Assembly: GCA_046563655.1 (NCBI GenBank)
Contig: CM102285.1
Coordinates: 9,300,001-9,364,000, forward strand
Reading direction: 5' to 3'
DNA length: 64,000 bases
Source of the DNA: Yuukianura sp. NJ FZ-2021
Lineage: Eukaryota
In this document: positions 38,601 to 50,681 of the stretch, one piece after another
Layout of the letters: each line of letters begins with the position of its first letter
Numbering within the stretch: position 1 is the stretch's first letter
The notes under the pieces: model-generated
Told to the model about the DNA's origin: nothing
Databases searched by the model: none
The model's input: only the letters and a program-made list of their open reading frames with translations
Translations under genes and position numbers: made by a program

Positions 38601-41600
38601 CAATGGAAAAGTTATTTTCCAATGGAAAAGTTATTTTCCAATGGAAAAGTTATTTTCCAATGGAAAAGTTATTTTCCAATGGAAAAGTTATTTTCCAATG
38701 GAAAAGTTATTTTCCAATGGAAAAGTTATTTTCCAATGGAAAAGTTATTTTCCAATGGAAAAGTTATTTTCCAATGGAAAAGTTATTTTCCAATGGAAAA
38801 GTTATTTTCCAATGGAAAAGTTATTTTCCAATGGAAAAGTTATTTTCCAATGGAAAAGTTATTTTCCAATGGAAAAGTTATTTTCCAATGGAAAAGTTAT
38901 TTTCCAATGGAAAAGTTATTTTCCAATGGAAAAGTTATTTTCCAATGGAAAAGTTATTTTCCAATGGAAAAGTTATTTTCCAATGGAAAAGTTATTTTCC
39001 AATGGAAAAGTTATTTTCCAATGGAAAAGTTATTTTCCAATGGAAAAGTTATTTTCCAATGGAAAAGTTATTTTCCAATGGAAAAGTTATTTTCCAATGG
39101 AAAAGTTATTTTCCAATGGAAAAGTTATTTTCCAATGGAAAAGTTATTTTCCAATGGAAAAGTTATTTTCCAATGGAAAAGTTATTTTCCAATGGAAAAG
39201 TTATTTTCCAATGGAAAAGTTATTTTCCAATGGAAAAGTTATTTTCCAATGGAAAAGTTATTTTCCAATGGAAAAGTTATTTTCCAATGGAAAAGTTATT
39301 TTCCAATGGAAAAGTTATTTTCCAATGGAAAAGTTATTTTCCAATGGAAAAGTTATTTTCCAATGGAAAAGTTATTTTCCAATGGAAAAGTTATTTTCCA
39401 ATGGAAAAGTTATTTTCCAATGGAAAAGTTATTTTCCAATGGAAAAGTTATTTTCCAATGGAAAAGTTATTTTCCAATGGAAAAGTTATTTTCCAATGGA
39501 AAAGTTATTTTCCAATGGAAAAGTTATTTTCCAATGGAAAAGTTATTTTCCAATGGAAAAGTTATTTTCCAATGGAAAAGTTATTTTCCAATGGAAAAGT
39601 TATTTTCCAATGGAAAAGTTATTTTCCAATGGAAAAGTTATTTTCCAATGGAAAAGTTATTTTCCAATGGAAAAGTTATTTTCCAATGGAAAAGTTATTT
39701 TCCAATGGAAAAGTTATTTTCCAATGGAAAAGTTATTTTCCAATGGAAAAGTTATTTTCCAATGGAAAAGTTATTTTCCAATGGAAAAGTTATTTTCCAA
39801 TGGAAAAGTTATTTTCCAATGGAAAAGTTATTTTCCAATGGAAAAGTTATTTTCCAATGGAAAAGTTATTTTCCAATGGAAAAGTTATTTTCCAATGGAA
39901 AAGTTATTTTCCAATGGAAAAGTTATTTTCCAATGGAAAAGTTATTTTCCAATGGAAAAGTTATTTTCCAATGGAAAAGTTATTTTCCAATGGAAAAGTT
40001 ATTTTCCAATGGAAAAGTTATTTTCCAATGGAAAAGTTATTTTCCAATGGAAAAGTTATTTTCCAATGGAAAAGTTATTTTCCAATGGAAAAGTTATTTT
40101 CCAATGGAAAAGTTATTTTCCAATGGAAAAGTTATTTTCCAATGGAAAAGTTATTTTCCAATGGAAAAGTTATTTTCCAATGGAAAAGTTATTTTCCAAT
40201 GGAAAAGTTATTTTCCAATGGAAAAGTTATTTTCCAATGGAAAAGTTATTTTCCAATGGAAAAGTTATTTTCCAATGGAAAAGTTATTTTCCAATGGAAA
40301 AGTTATTTTCCAATGGAAAAGTTATTTTCCACTGGAAAAGTTATTTTCCAATGGAAAAGTTATTTTCCACTGGAAAAGTTATTTTCCAATGGAAAAGTTA
40401 TTTTCCAATGGAAAAGTTATTTTCCAATGGAAAAGTTATTTTCCAATGGAAAAGTTATTTTCCAATGGAAAAGTTATTTTCCAATGGAAAAGTTATTTTC
40501 CAATGGAAAAGTTATTTTCCAATGGAAAAGTTATTTTCCAATGGAAAAGTTATTTTCCAATGGAAAAGTTATTTTCCAATGGAAAAGTTATTTTCCAATG
40601 GAAAAGTTATTTTCCAATGGAAAAGTTATTTTCCAATGGAAAAGTTATTTTCCAATGGAAAAGTTATTTTCCAATGGAAAAGTTATTTTCCAATGGAAAA
40701 GTTATTTTCCAATGGAAAAGTTATTTTCCAATGGAAAAGTTATTTTCCAATGGAAAAGTTATTTTCCAATGGAAAAGTTATTTTCCAATGGAAAAGTTAT
40801 TTTCCAATGGAAAAGTTATTTTCCAATGGAAAAGTTATTTTCCAATGGAAAAGTTATTTTCCAATGGAAAAGTTATTTTCCAATGGAAAAGTTATTTTCC
40901 AATGGAAAAGTTATTTTCCAATGGAAAAGTTATTTTCCAATGGAAAAGTTATTTTCCAATGGAAAAGTTATTTTCCAATGGAAAAGTTATTTTCCAATGG
41001 AAAAGTTATTTTCCAATGGAAAAGTTATTTTCCAATGGAAAAGTTATTTTCCAATGGAAAAGTTATTTTCCAATGGAAAAGTTATTTTCCAATGGAAAAG
41101 TTATTTTCCAATGGAAAAGTTATTTTCCAATGGAAAAGTTATTTTCCAATGGAAAAGTTATTTTCCAATGGAAAAGTTATTTTCCAATGGAAAAGTTATT
41201 TTCCAATGGAAAATTTATTTTCCAATGGAAAAGTTATTTTCCAATGGAAAAGTTATTTTCCAATGGAAAAGTTATTTTCCAATGGAAAAGTTATTTTCCA
41301 ATGGAAAAGTTATTTTCCAATGGAAAAGTTATTTTCCAATGGAAAAGTTATTTTCCAATGGAAAAGTTATTTTCCAATGGAAAAGTTATTTTCCAATGGA
41401 AAAGTTATTTTCCAATGGAAAAGTTATTTTCCAATGGAAAAGTTATTTTCCAATGGAAAAGTTATTTTCCAATGGAAAAGTTATTTTCCAATGGAAAAGT
41501 TATTTTCCAATGGAAAAGTTATTTTCCAATGGAAAAGTTATTTTCCAATGGAAAAGTTATTTTCCAATGGAAAAGTTATTTTCCAATGGAAAAGTTATTT

Positions 41601-44600
41601 TCCAATGGAAAAGTTATTTTCCAATGGAAAAGTTATTTTCCAATGGAAAAGTTATTTTCCAATGGAAAAGTTATTTTCCAATGGAAAAGTTATTTTCCAA
41701 TGGAAAAGTTATTTTCCAATGGAAAAGTTATTTTCCAATGGAAAAGTTATTTTCCAATGGAAAAGTTATTTTCCAATGGAAAAGTTATTTTCCAATGGAA
41801 AAGTTATTTTCCAATGGAAAAGTTATTTTCCAATGGAAAAGTTATTTTCCAATGGAAAAGTTATTTTCCAATGGAAAAGTTATTTTCCAATGGAAAAGTT
41901 ATTTTCCAATGGAAAAGTTATTTTCCAATGGAAAAGTTATTTTCCAATGGAAAAGTTATTTTCCAATGGAAAAGTTATTTTCCAATGGAAAAGTTATTTT
42001 CCAATGGAAAAGTTATTTTCCAATGGAAAAGTTATTTTCCAATGGAAAAGTTATTTTCCAATGGAAAAGTTATTTTCCAATGGAAAAGTTATTTTCCAAT
42101 GGAAAAGTTATTTTCCAATGGAAAAGTTATTTTCCAATGGAAAAGTTATTTTCCAATGGAAAAGTTATTTTCCAATGGAAAAGTTATTTTCCAATGGAAA
42201 AGTTATTTTCCAATGGAAAAGTTATTTTCCAATGGAAAAGTTATTTTCCAATGGAAAAGTTATTTTCCAATGGAAAAGTTATTTTCCAATGGAAAAGTTA
42301 TTTTCCACTGGAAAAGTTATTTTCCAATGGAAAAGTTATTTTCCAATGGAAAAGTTATTTTCCAATGGAAAAGTTATTTTCCAATGGAAAAGTTATTTTC
42401 CAATGGAAAAGTTATTTTCCAATGGAAAAGTTATTTTCCAATGGAAAAGTTATTTTCCACTGGAAAAGTTATTTTCCAATGGAAAAGTTATTTTCCAATG
42501 GAAAAGTTATTTTCCAATGGAAACACTATTTTCCACTGGAAAAGTTATTTTCCAATGGAAACACTATTTTCCACTGGAAAAGTTATTTTCCAATGGAAAC
42601 ACTATTTTCCACTGGAAAAGTTATTTTCCAATGGAAACACTATTTTCCACTGGAAAAGTTATTTTCCAATGGAAAAGTTATTTTCCAATGGAAAAGTTAT
42701 TTTCCAATGGAAAAGTTATTTTCCAATGGAAAAGTTATTTTCCAATGGAAAAGTTATTTTCCAATGGAAAAGTTATTTTCCAATGGAAAAGTTATTTTCC
42801 AATGGAAAAGTTATTTTCCAATGGAAAAGTTATTTTCCAATGGAAAAGTTATTTTCCAATGGAAAAGTTATTTTCCAATGGAAAAGTTATTTTCCAATGG
42901 AAAAGTTATTTTCCAATGGAAAAGTTATTTTCCAATGGAAAAGTTATTTTCCACTGGAAAAGTTATTTTCCAATGGAAAAGTTATTTTCCAATGGAAAAG
43001 TTATTTTCCAATGGAAAAGTTATTTTCCAATGGAAAAGTTATTTTCCAATGGAAAAGTTATTTTCCAATGGAAAAGTTATTTTCCACTGGAAAAGTTATT
43101 TTCCAATGGAAAAGTTATTTTCCAATGGAAAAGTTATTTTCCAATGGAAAAGTTATTTTCCAATGGAAAAGTTATTTTCCACTGGAAAAGTTATTTTCCA
43201 ATGGAAAAGTTATTTTCCAATGGAAAAGTTATTTTCCACTGGAAAAGTTATTTTCCAATGGAAAAGTTATTTTCCAATGGAAAAGTTATTTTCCAATGGA
43301 AAAGTTATTTTCCAATGGAAAAGTTATTTTCCAATGGAAAAGTTATTTTCCAATGGAAAAGTTATTTTCCACTGGAAAAGTTATTTTCCAATGGAAAAGT
43401 TATTTTCCAATGGAAAAGTTATTTTCCAATGGAAAAGTTATTTTCCAATGGAAAAGTTATTTTCCAATGGAAAAGTTATTTTCCAATGGAAAAGTTATTT
43501 TCCACTGGAAAAGTTATTTTCCAATGGAAAAGTTATTTTCCAATGGAAAAGTTATTTTCCAATGGAAAAGTTATTTTCCACTGGAAAAGTTATTTTCCAA
43601 TGGAAAAGTTATTTTCCAATGGAAAAGTTATTTTCCAATGGAAAAGTTATTTTCCAATGGAAAAGTTATTTTCCAATGGAAAAGTTATTTTCCAATGGAA
43701 AAGTTATTTTCCAATGGAAAAGTTATTTTCCAATGGAAAAGTTATTTTCCAATGGAAAAGTTATTTTCCAATGGAAAAGTTATTTTCCAATGGAAAAGTT
43801 ATTTTCCAATGGAAAAGTTATTTTCCAATGGAAACACTATTTTCCACTGGAAAAGTTATTTTCCAATGGAAACACTATTTTCCACTGGAAAAGTTATTTT
43901 CCAATGGAAACACTATTTTCCACTGGAAAAGTTATTTTCCAATGGAAACACTATTTTCCACTGGAAAAGTTATTTTCCAATGGAAAAGTTATTTTCCAAT
44001 GGAAAAGTTATTTTCCAATGGAAAAGTTATTTTCCACTGGAAAAGTTATTTTCCAATGGAAAAGTTATTTTCCAATGGAAAAGTTATTTTCCAATGGAAA
44101 AGTTATTTTCCAATGGAAAAGTTATTTTCCAATGGAAAAGTTATTTTCCACTGGAAAAGTTATTTTCCAATGGAAAAGTTATTTTCCAATGGAAAAGTTA
44201 TTTTCCAATGGAAAAGTTATTTTCCAATGGAAAAGTTATTTTCCACTGGAAAAGTTATTTTCCAATGGAAAAGTTATTTTCCACTGGAAAAGTTATTTTC
44301 CAATGGAAAAGTTATTTTCCAATGGAAAAGTTATTTTCCAATGGAAAAGTTATTTTCCAATGGAAAAGTTATTTTCCAATGGAAAAGTTATTTTCCAATG
44401 GAAAAGTTATTTTCCAATGGAAAAGTTATTTTCCAATGGAAAAGTTATTTTCCAATGGAAAAGTTATTTTCCACTGGAAAAGTTATTTTCCAATGGAAAA
44501 GTTATTTTCCACTGGAAAAGTTATTTTCCAATGGAAAAGTTATTTTCCAATGGAAAAGTTATTTTCCAATGGAAAAGTTATTTTCCACTGGAAAAGTTAT

Positions 44601-46798
44601 TTTCCAATGGAAAAGTTATTTTCCAATGGAAAAGTTATTTTCCAATGGAAAAGTTATTTTCCAATGGAAAAGTTATTTTCCAATGGAAAAGTTATTTTCC
44701 AATGGAAAAGTTATTTTCCAATGGAAAAGTTATTTTCCAATGGAAAAGTTATTTTCCAATGGAAAAGTTATTTTCCAATGGAAAAGTTATTTTCCAATGG
44801 AAAAGTTATTTTCCACTGGAAAAGTTATTTTCCAATGGAAAAGTTATTTTCCAATGGAAAAGTTATTTTCCAATGGAAAAGTTATTTTCCAATGGAAAAG
44901 TTATTTTCCAATGGAAACACTATTTTCCACTGGAAAAGTTATTTTCCAATGGAAACACTATTTTCCACTGGAAAAGTTATTTTCCAATGGAAACACTATT
45001 TTCCACTGGAAAAGTTATTTTCCAATGGAAACACTATTTTCCACTGGAAAAGTTATTTTCCAATGGAAAAGTTATTTTCCAATGGAAAAGTTATTTTCCA
45101 ATGGAAAAGTTATTTTCCAATGGAAAAGTTATTTTCCAATGGAAAAGTTATTTTCCAATGGAAAAGTTATTTTCCAATGGAAAAGTTATTTTCCAATGGA
45201 AAAGTTATTTTCCAATGGAAAAGTTATTTTCCACTGGAAAAGTTATTTTCCAATGGAAAAGTTATTTTCCACTGGAAAAGTTATTTTCCAATGGAAAAGT
45301 TATTTTCCAATGGAAAAGTTATTTTCCAATGGAAAAGTTATTTTCCAATGGAAAAGTTATTTTCCAATGGAAAAGTTATTTTCCAATGGAAAAGTTATTT
45401 TCCAATGGAAAAGTTATTTTCCAATGGAAAAGTTATTTTCCAATGGAAAAGTTATTTTCCAATGGAAAAGTTATTTTCCAATGGAAAAGTTATTTTCCAA
45501 TGGAAAAGTTATTTTCCAATGGAAAAGTTATTTTCCAATGGAAAAGTTATTTTCCAATGGAAAAGTTATTTTCCAATGGAAAAGTTATTTTCCAATGGAA
45601 AAGTTATTTTCCAATGGAAAAGTTATTTTCCAATGGAAAAGTTATTTTCCAATGGAAAAGTTATTTTCCAATGGAAAAGTTATTTTCCAATGGAAAAGTT
45701 ATTTTCCAATGGAAAAGTTATTTTCCAATGGAAAAGTTATTTTCCACTGGAAAAGTTATTTTCCAATGGAAAAGTTATTTTCCAATGGAAAAGTTATTTT
45801 CCAATGGAAAAGTTATTTTCCAATGGAAAAGTTATTTTCCAATGGAAAAGTTATTTTCCAATGGAAAAGTTATTTTCCAATGGAAAAGTTATTTTCCAAT
45901 GGAAAAGTTATTTTCCAATGGAAAAGTTATTTTCCAATGGAAAAGTTATTTTCCAATGGAAAAGTTATTTTCCAATGGAAAAGTTATTTTCCAATGGAAA
46001 AGTTATTTTCCAATGGAAAAGTTATTTTCCAATGGAAAAGTTATTTTCCAATGGAAAAGTTATTTTCCAATGGAAAAGTTATTTTCCAATGGAAAAGTTA
46101 TTTTCCAATGGAAAAGTTATTTTCCAATGGAAAAGTTATTTTCCAATGGAAAAGTTATTTTCCAATGGAAAAGTTATTTTCCAATGGAAAAGTTATTTTC
46201 CAATGGAAAAGTTATTTTCCAATGGAAAAGTTATTTTCCAATGGAAAAGTTATTTTCCAATGGAAAAGTTATTTTCCAATGGAAAAGTTATTTTCCACTG
46301 GAAAAGTTATTTTCCAATGGAAAAGTTATTTTCCAATGGAAAAGTTATTTTCCAATGGAAAAGTTATTTTCCAATGGAAAAGTTATTTTCCAATGGAAAA
46401 GTTATTTTCCACTGGAAAAGTTATTTTCCAATGGAAAAGTTATTTTCCACTGGAAAAGTTATTTTCCAATGGAAAAGTTATTTTCCAATGGAAAAGTTAT
46501 TTTCCAATGGAAAAGTTATTTTCCACTGGAAAAGTTATTTTCCAATGGAAAAGTTATTTTCCAATGGAAAAGTTATTTTCCAATGGAAAAGTTATTTTCC
46601 ACTGGAAAAGTTATTTTCCACTGGAAAAGTTATTTTCCAATGGAAAAGTTATTTTCCACTGGAAAAGTTATTTTCCAATGGAAAAGTTATTTTCCAATGG
46701 AAAAGTTATTTTCCAATGGAAAAGTTATTTTCCACTGGAAAAGTTATTTTCCACAGAAAAAGTTATTCTCCACTGGAAAAGTTATTTTCCACAGGAAA
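17635..46798. repeat. 19-bp satellite block 1 (GGAAAAGTTATTTTCCAAT), ~1,535 units, highly homogeneous
   Basis: Read directly. The register is identical at 17701 and 46201 (28,500 = 1,500 x 19). First variant base seen at 23088. Confidence 0.99.
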
Positions 46799-48088
46799 CC
46801 CGACCAACACACTTAACGGCGATGTGAATAAAATCAGTGCACATGTGCCGGGATTGCGCAGTAAAACAGGGCAGTGCTTATCGAGTACCGTTAAATGCAT
46901 CGGAAATGTACACCGATTTTAATGAGTTATCGTATGATATCGAAAATGTAGCAAATACATACCGGATTTTTAGTTGCTGGAATTGGTTCAACTGTGCCGA
47001 GCATAAAATGTGCACAGAAAACAGCTCTCATCCGCTACTAATTTTCATGTGCATTGCCGGTGCGGTCTTGGAACAATAGTTTCAATATCTGGATATTGCT
47101 TCATTTAGTGCATGTTAACGGTGCTGACAAGAGATGTACACTCTGTTCCGTTAAAGTTTGTACCGGCTTGTTACCGAAGTCGTTTCGGTTTTCACGGCAT
47201 GCATTTTTCAGCACAAAAACATTGTGTTGACCGTTGCTCCAGTCTGTCTTTTGTTTCTGTTCGGCTTTGTTGACATTTTGGTTTTCTATTCAGTATCTAA
47301 TCATGCAGGGAAGATATAACGACTTAAAATGAAATAGTTCACAGTAGTCTATTTTGCAAAGGAGCAACGGTACACCACAATACGATCTACTTGGTTAGTG
47401 GAAGGTTAAGTACAGTGTCACTGGCCAGGAAAGAATACTAAACATTAGATCTAAACTCCAAAGTGATCATACTTCCGTCCCTGATGACACCTTCATCGTT
47501 GTTGACTGCAAACTGATTAAATCACACGGTAAGCTCTCATTCCTATTTCAGACTCTTCTGGTATCCTCACACTTTATTTGTATTTAAGGGGTCTATATAT
47601 ATTTATAATGCTAAATGGTTGTTTATCATTCTTTTTTAGAACATTACGGAAATGCCTACAATCGATCTGAGGAGTTGAGATCCAGCAGCACACCCCAATT
47701 AGAAAGGAGCGTCCCAGAACAAGGACATCGGTCGTCAACATCAATTGCAGAGGAAGTGGAGTTGACTTTGTGAATAATATATATCCGTTAAACTTATTAT
47801 GTTAATAAAATGATCATATCACTTAAAATGAATGTGCGTTATGGTTTTGTTCATTGTGCATTTTCGGTACTGGATTCATACGTACATTTTACCGATAGGC
47901 AATGCAATTTGTGCACATATATCATAAAGGAAAAATAGTTACTGTTGTGCCGGAAAAACATGCACAGTTTCAACGCCCAAAACAGGGACACGATTTGTGT
48001 ACCGTAGAATGGGGCGTTTATGAACCAAGCCGTTACTACTTTTCAGCTACCGTTTATTCACATTGCCGTTGCGCTTGTGTTTACCGGG
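46799..48088. mobile_element. Non-autonomous DNA transposon, 1,290 bp, CMC/EnSpm-like, inserted in the satellite
   Basis: Imperfect ~35-bp TIRs (CCCGACCAACACACTTAACGGCGATGTGAATAAA vs reverse complement of the right end CCCGGTAAACACAAGCGCAACGGCAATGTGAATAAA). The flanks GGAAA| and |AAAGTTA give 6 A where the unit has 4, i.e. a 2-bp AA TSD. Confidence 0.8.
47329..47773 (+). pseudogene. Degenerate two-exon gene inside the transposon
   Basis: MK*FTVVYFAKEQRYTTIRSTWLVEG*VQCHWPGKNTK, then a frameshift, then IRSKLQSDHTSVPDDTFIVVDCKLIKSH. Intron 47529-47639 (gtaag..ttag). Exon 2 reads EHYGNAYNRSEELRSS...VELTL*, with AATAAA at 47804. Confidence 0.55.
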
Positions 48089-50590
48089 AAAGTTATTTTC
48101 CACTGGAAAAGTTATTTTCCACAGGAAAAGTTATTTTCCACTGGAAAAGTTATTTTCCAATGGAAAAGTTATTTTCCACTGGAAAATTTATTTTCCAATG
48201 GAAAATTTATTTTCCAATGGAAAAGTTATTTTCCAATGGAAAAGTTATTTTCCAATGGAAAAGTTATTTTCCAATGGAAAAGTTATTTTCCACTGGAAAA
48301 TTTATTTTCCAATGGAATAATCTTCCACTGGAAAATTTGTTTTCCAATGGAAAAGTTATTTTCCACTGGAAAAGTTATTTTCCAATGGAAAAGTTATTTT
48401 CCAATGGAAAAGTTATTTTCCACTGGAAAAGTTATTTTCCAATGGAAAAGTTATTTTCCAATGGAAAAGTTATTTTCCACTGGAAAAGTTATTTTCCACT
48501 GGAAAAGTTATTTTCCACTGGAAAAGTTATTTTCCAATGGAAAAGTTATTTTCCAATGGAAAAGTTATTTTCCAATGGAAAAGTTATTTTCCAATGGAAA
48601 AGTTATTTTCCACTGGAAAAGTTATTTTCCAATGGAAAAGTTATTTTCCAATGGAAAAGTTATTTTCCAATGGAAAAGTTATTTTCCAATGGAAAAGTTA
48701 TTTTCAAATGGAAAAGTTATTTTCCAATGGAAAAGTTATTTTCCAATGGAAAAGTTATTTTCCAATGGAAAAGTTATTTTCCAATGGAAACACTATTTTC
48801 CACTGGAAAAGTTATTTTCCAATGGAAACACTATTTTCCACTGGAAAAGTTATTTTCCAATGGAAAAGTTATTTTCCACTGGAAAATTTATTTTCCACTG
48901 GAAAATTTATTTTCCACTGGAAAATTTATTTTCCACTGGAAAAGTTATTTTCCACTGGAAAATTTATTTTCCAATGGAAAATTTATTTTCCAATGGAAAA
49001 GTTATTTTCCAATGGAAAAGTTATTTTCCAATGGAAAAGTTATTTTCCACTGGAAAAGTTATTTTCCAATGGAAAAGTTATTTTCCACTGGAAAAGTTAT
49101 TTTCCAATGGAAAAGTTATTTTCCAATGGAAAAGTTATTTTCCACTGGAAAAGTTATTTTCCAATGGAAAAGTTATTTTCCAATGGAAAAGTTATTTTCC
49201 AATGGAAAAGTTATTTTCCACTGGAAAAGTTATTTTCCAATGGAAAAGTTATTTTCCAATGGAAAAGTTATTTTCCAATGGAAAAGTTATTTTCCACTGG
49301 AAAAGTTATTTTCCAATGGAAAAGTTATTTTCCACTGGAAAAGTTATTTTCCAATGGAAAAGTTATTTTCCAATGGAAAAGTTATTTTCCACTGGAAAAG
49401 TTATTTTCCACTGGAAAAGCTTTTTTTCCACTGGAAAAGTTATTTTCCAATGGAAAAGTTATTTTCCACTGGAAAAGTTATTTTCCACTGGAAAAGTTAT
49501 TTTCCAATGGAAAAGTTATTTTCCACTGGAAAAGTTATTTTCCACTGGAAAATTTATTTTCCAATGGAAAAGTTATTTTCCAATGGAAAAGTTATTTTCC
49601 ACTGGAAAAGTTATTTTCCACTGGAAAATTTATTTTCCAATGGAAAAGTTATTTTCCAATGGAAAAGTTATTTTCCAATGGAAAAGTTATTTTCCACTGG
49701 AAAATTTATTTTCCAATGGAAAAGTTATTTTCCAATGGAAAAGTTATTTTCCAATGGAAAAGTTATTTTCCACTGGAAAAGTTATTTTCCAATGGAAAAG
49801 TTATTTTCCAATGGAAAAGTTATTTTCCAATGGAAAAGTTATTTTCCACTGGAAAAGTTATTTTCCAATGGAAAAGTTATTTTCCAATGGAAAATCTATT
49901 TTCCAATGGAAAAGTTATTTTCCAATGGAAAATCTATTTTCCACTGGAAAAGTTATTTTCCAATGGAAAAGTTATTTTCCACTGGAAAAGTTATTTTCCA
50001 ATGGAAAAGTTATTTTCCAATGGAAAAGTTATTTTCCACTGGAAAAGTTATTTTCCAATGGAAAAGTTATTTTCCAATGGAAAAGTTATTTTCCAATGGA
50101 AAAGTTATTTTCCAATGGAAAAGTTATTTTCCACTGGAAAAGTTATTTTCCAATGGAAAAGTTATTTTCCAATGGAAAAGTTATTTTCCAATGGAAAAGT
50201 TATTTTCCACTGGAAAAGTTATTTTCCAATGGAAAAGTTATTTTCCAATGGAAAAGTTATTTTCCAATGGAAAAGTTATTTTCCAATGGAAAAGTTATTT
50301 TCCAATGGAAAAGTTATTTTCCACTGGAAAAGTTATTTTCCACTGGAAAAGTTATTTTCCACTGGAAAAGTTATTTTCCACTGGAAAAGTTATTTTCCAC
50401 TGGAAAAGTTATTTTCCACTGGAAAAGCTTTTTTTCCACTGGAAAAGTTTTTTTCCAATGGAAAAGTTATTTTCCAATGGAAAAGTTATTTTCCAATGGA
50501 AAAGTTATTTTCCACTGGAAAAGTTATTTTCCAATGGAAAAGTTATTTTCCAATGGAAAAGTTATTTTCCACTGGAAAATCTATTTTGCA
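48089..50590. repeat. 19-bp satellite block 2, ~130 units, more diverged
   Basis: Same unit with frequent CACTGG, TTTA, TCTA and GCTT variants. Confidence 0.98.
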
Positions 50591-50595
50591 AAGGA

Positions 50596-50681
50596 ATTTT
50601 CGGTACTGGATTCATACGTACATTTTACCGATAGGCAATGCAATTTGTGCACATGGAAAAATAGTTATTGTGTTTACCGGG
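50596..50681. mobile_element. Internally deleted duplicate of the right end of the 46799-48088 element
   Basis: 50596-50654 = 47860-47918; 50655-50667 = 47929-47941; 50668-50681 = 48075-48088. Confidence 0.93.

Noticed and set aside
17646..46922. Three ~9,700-aa ORFs of repeating MEKLFSNGKVIFQWKSYFP
   Set aside because: The 19-mer has no TAA/TAG/TGA on the + strand and 19 is not a multiple of 3, so all three frames are automatically open and give the same peptide. No codon-position signal or splice sites link it to the gene.
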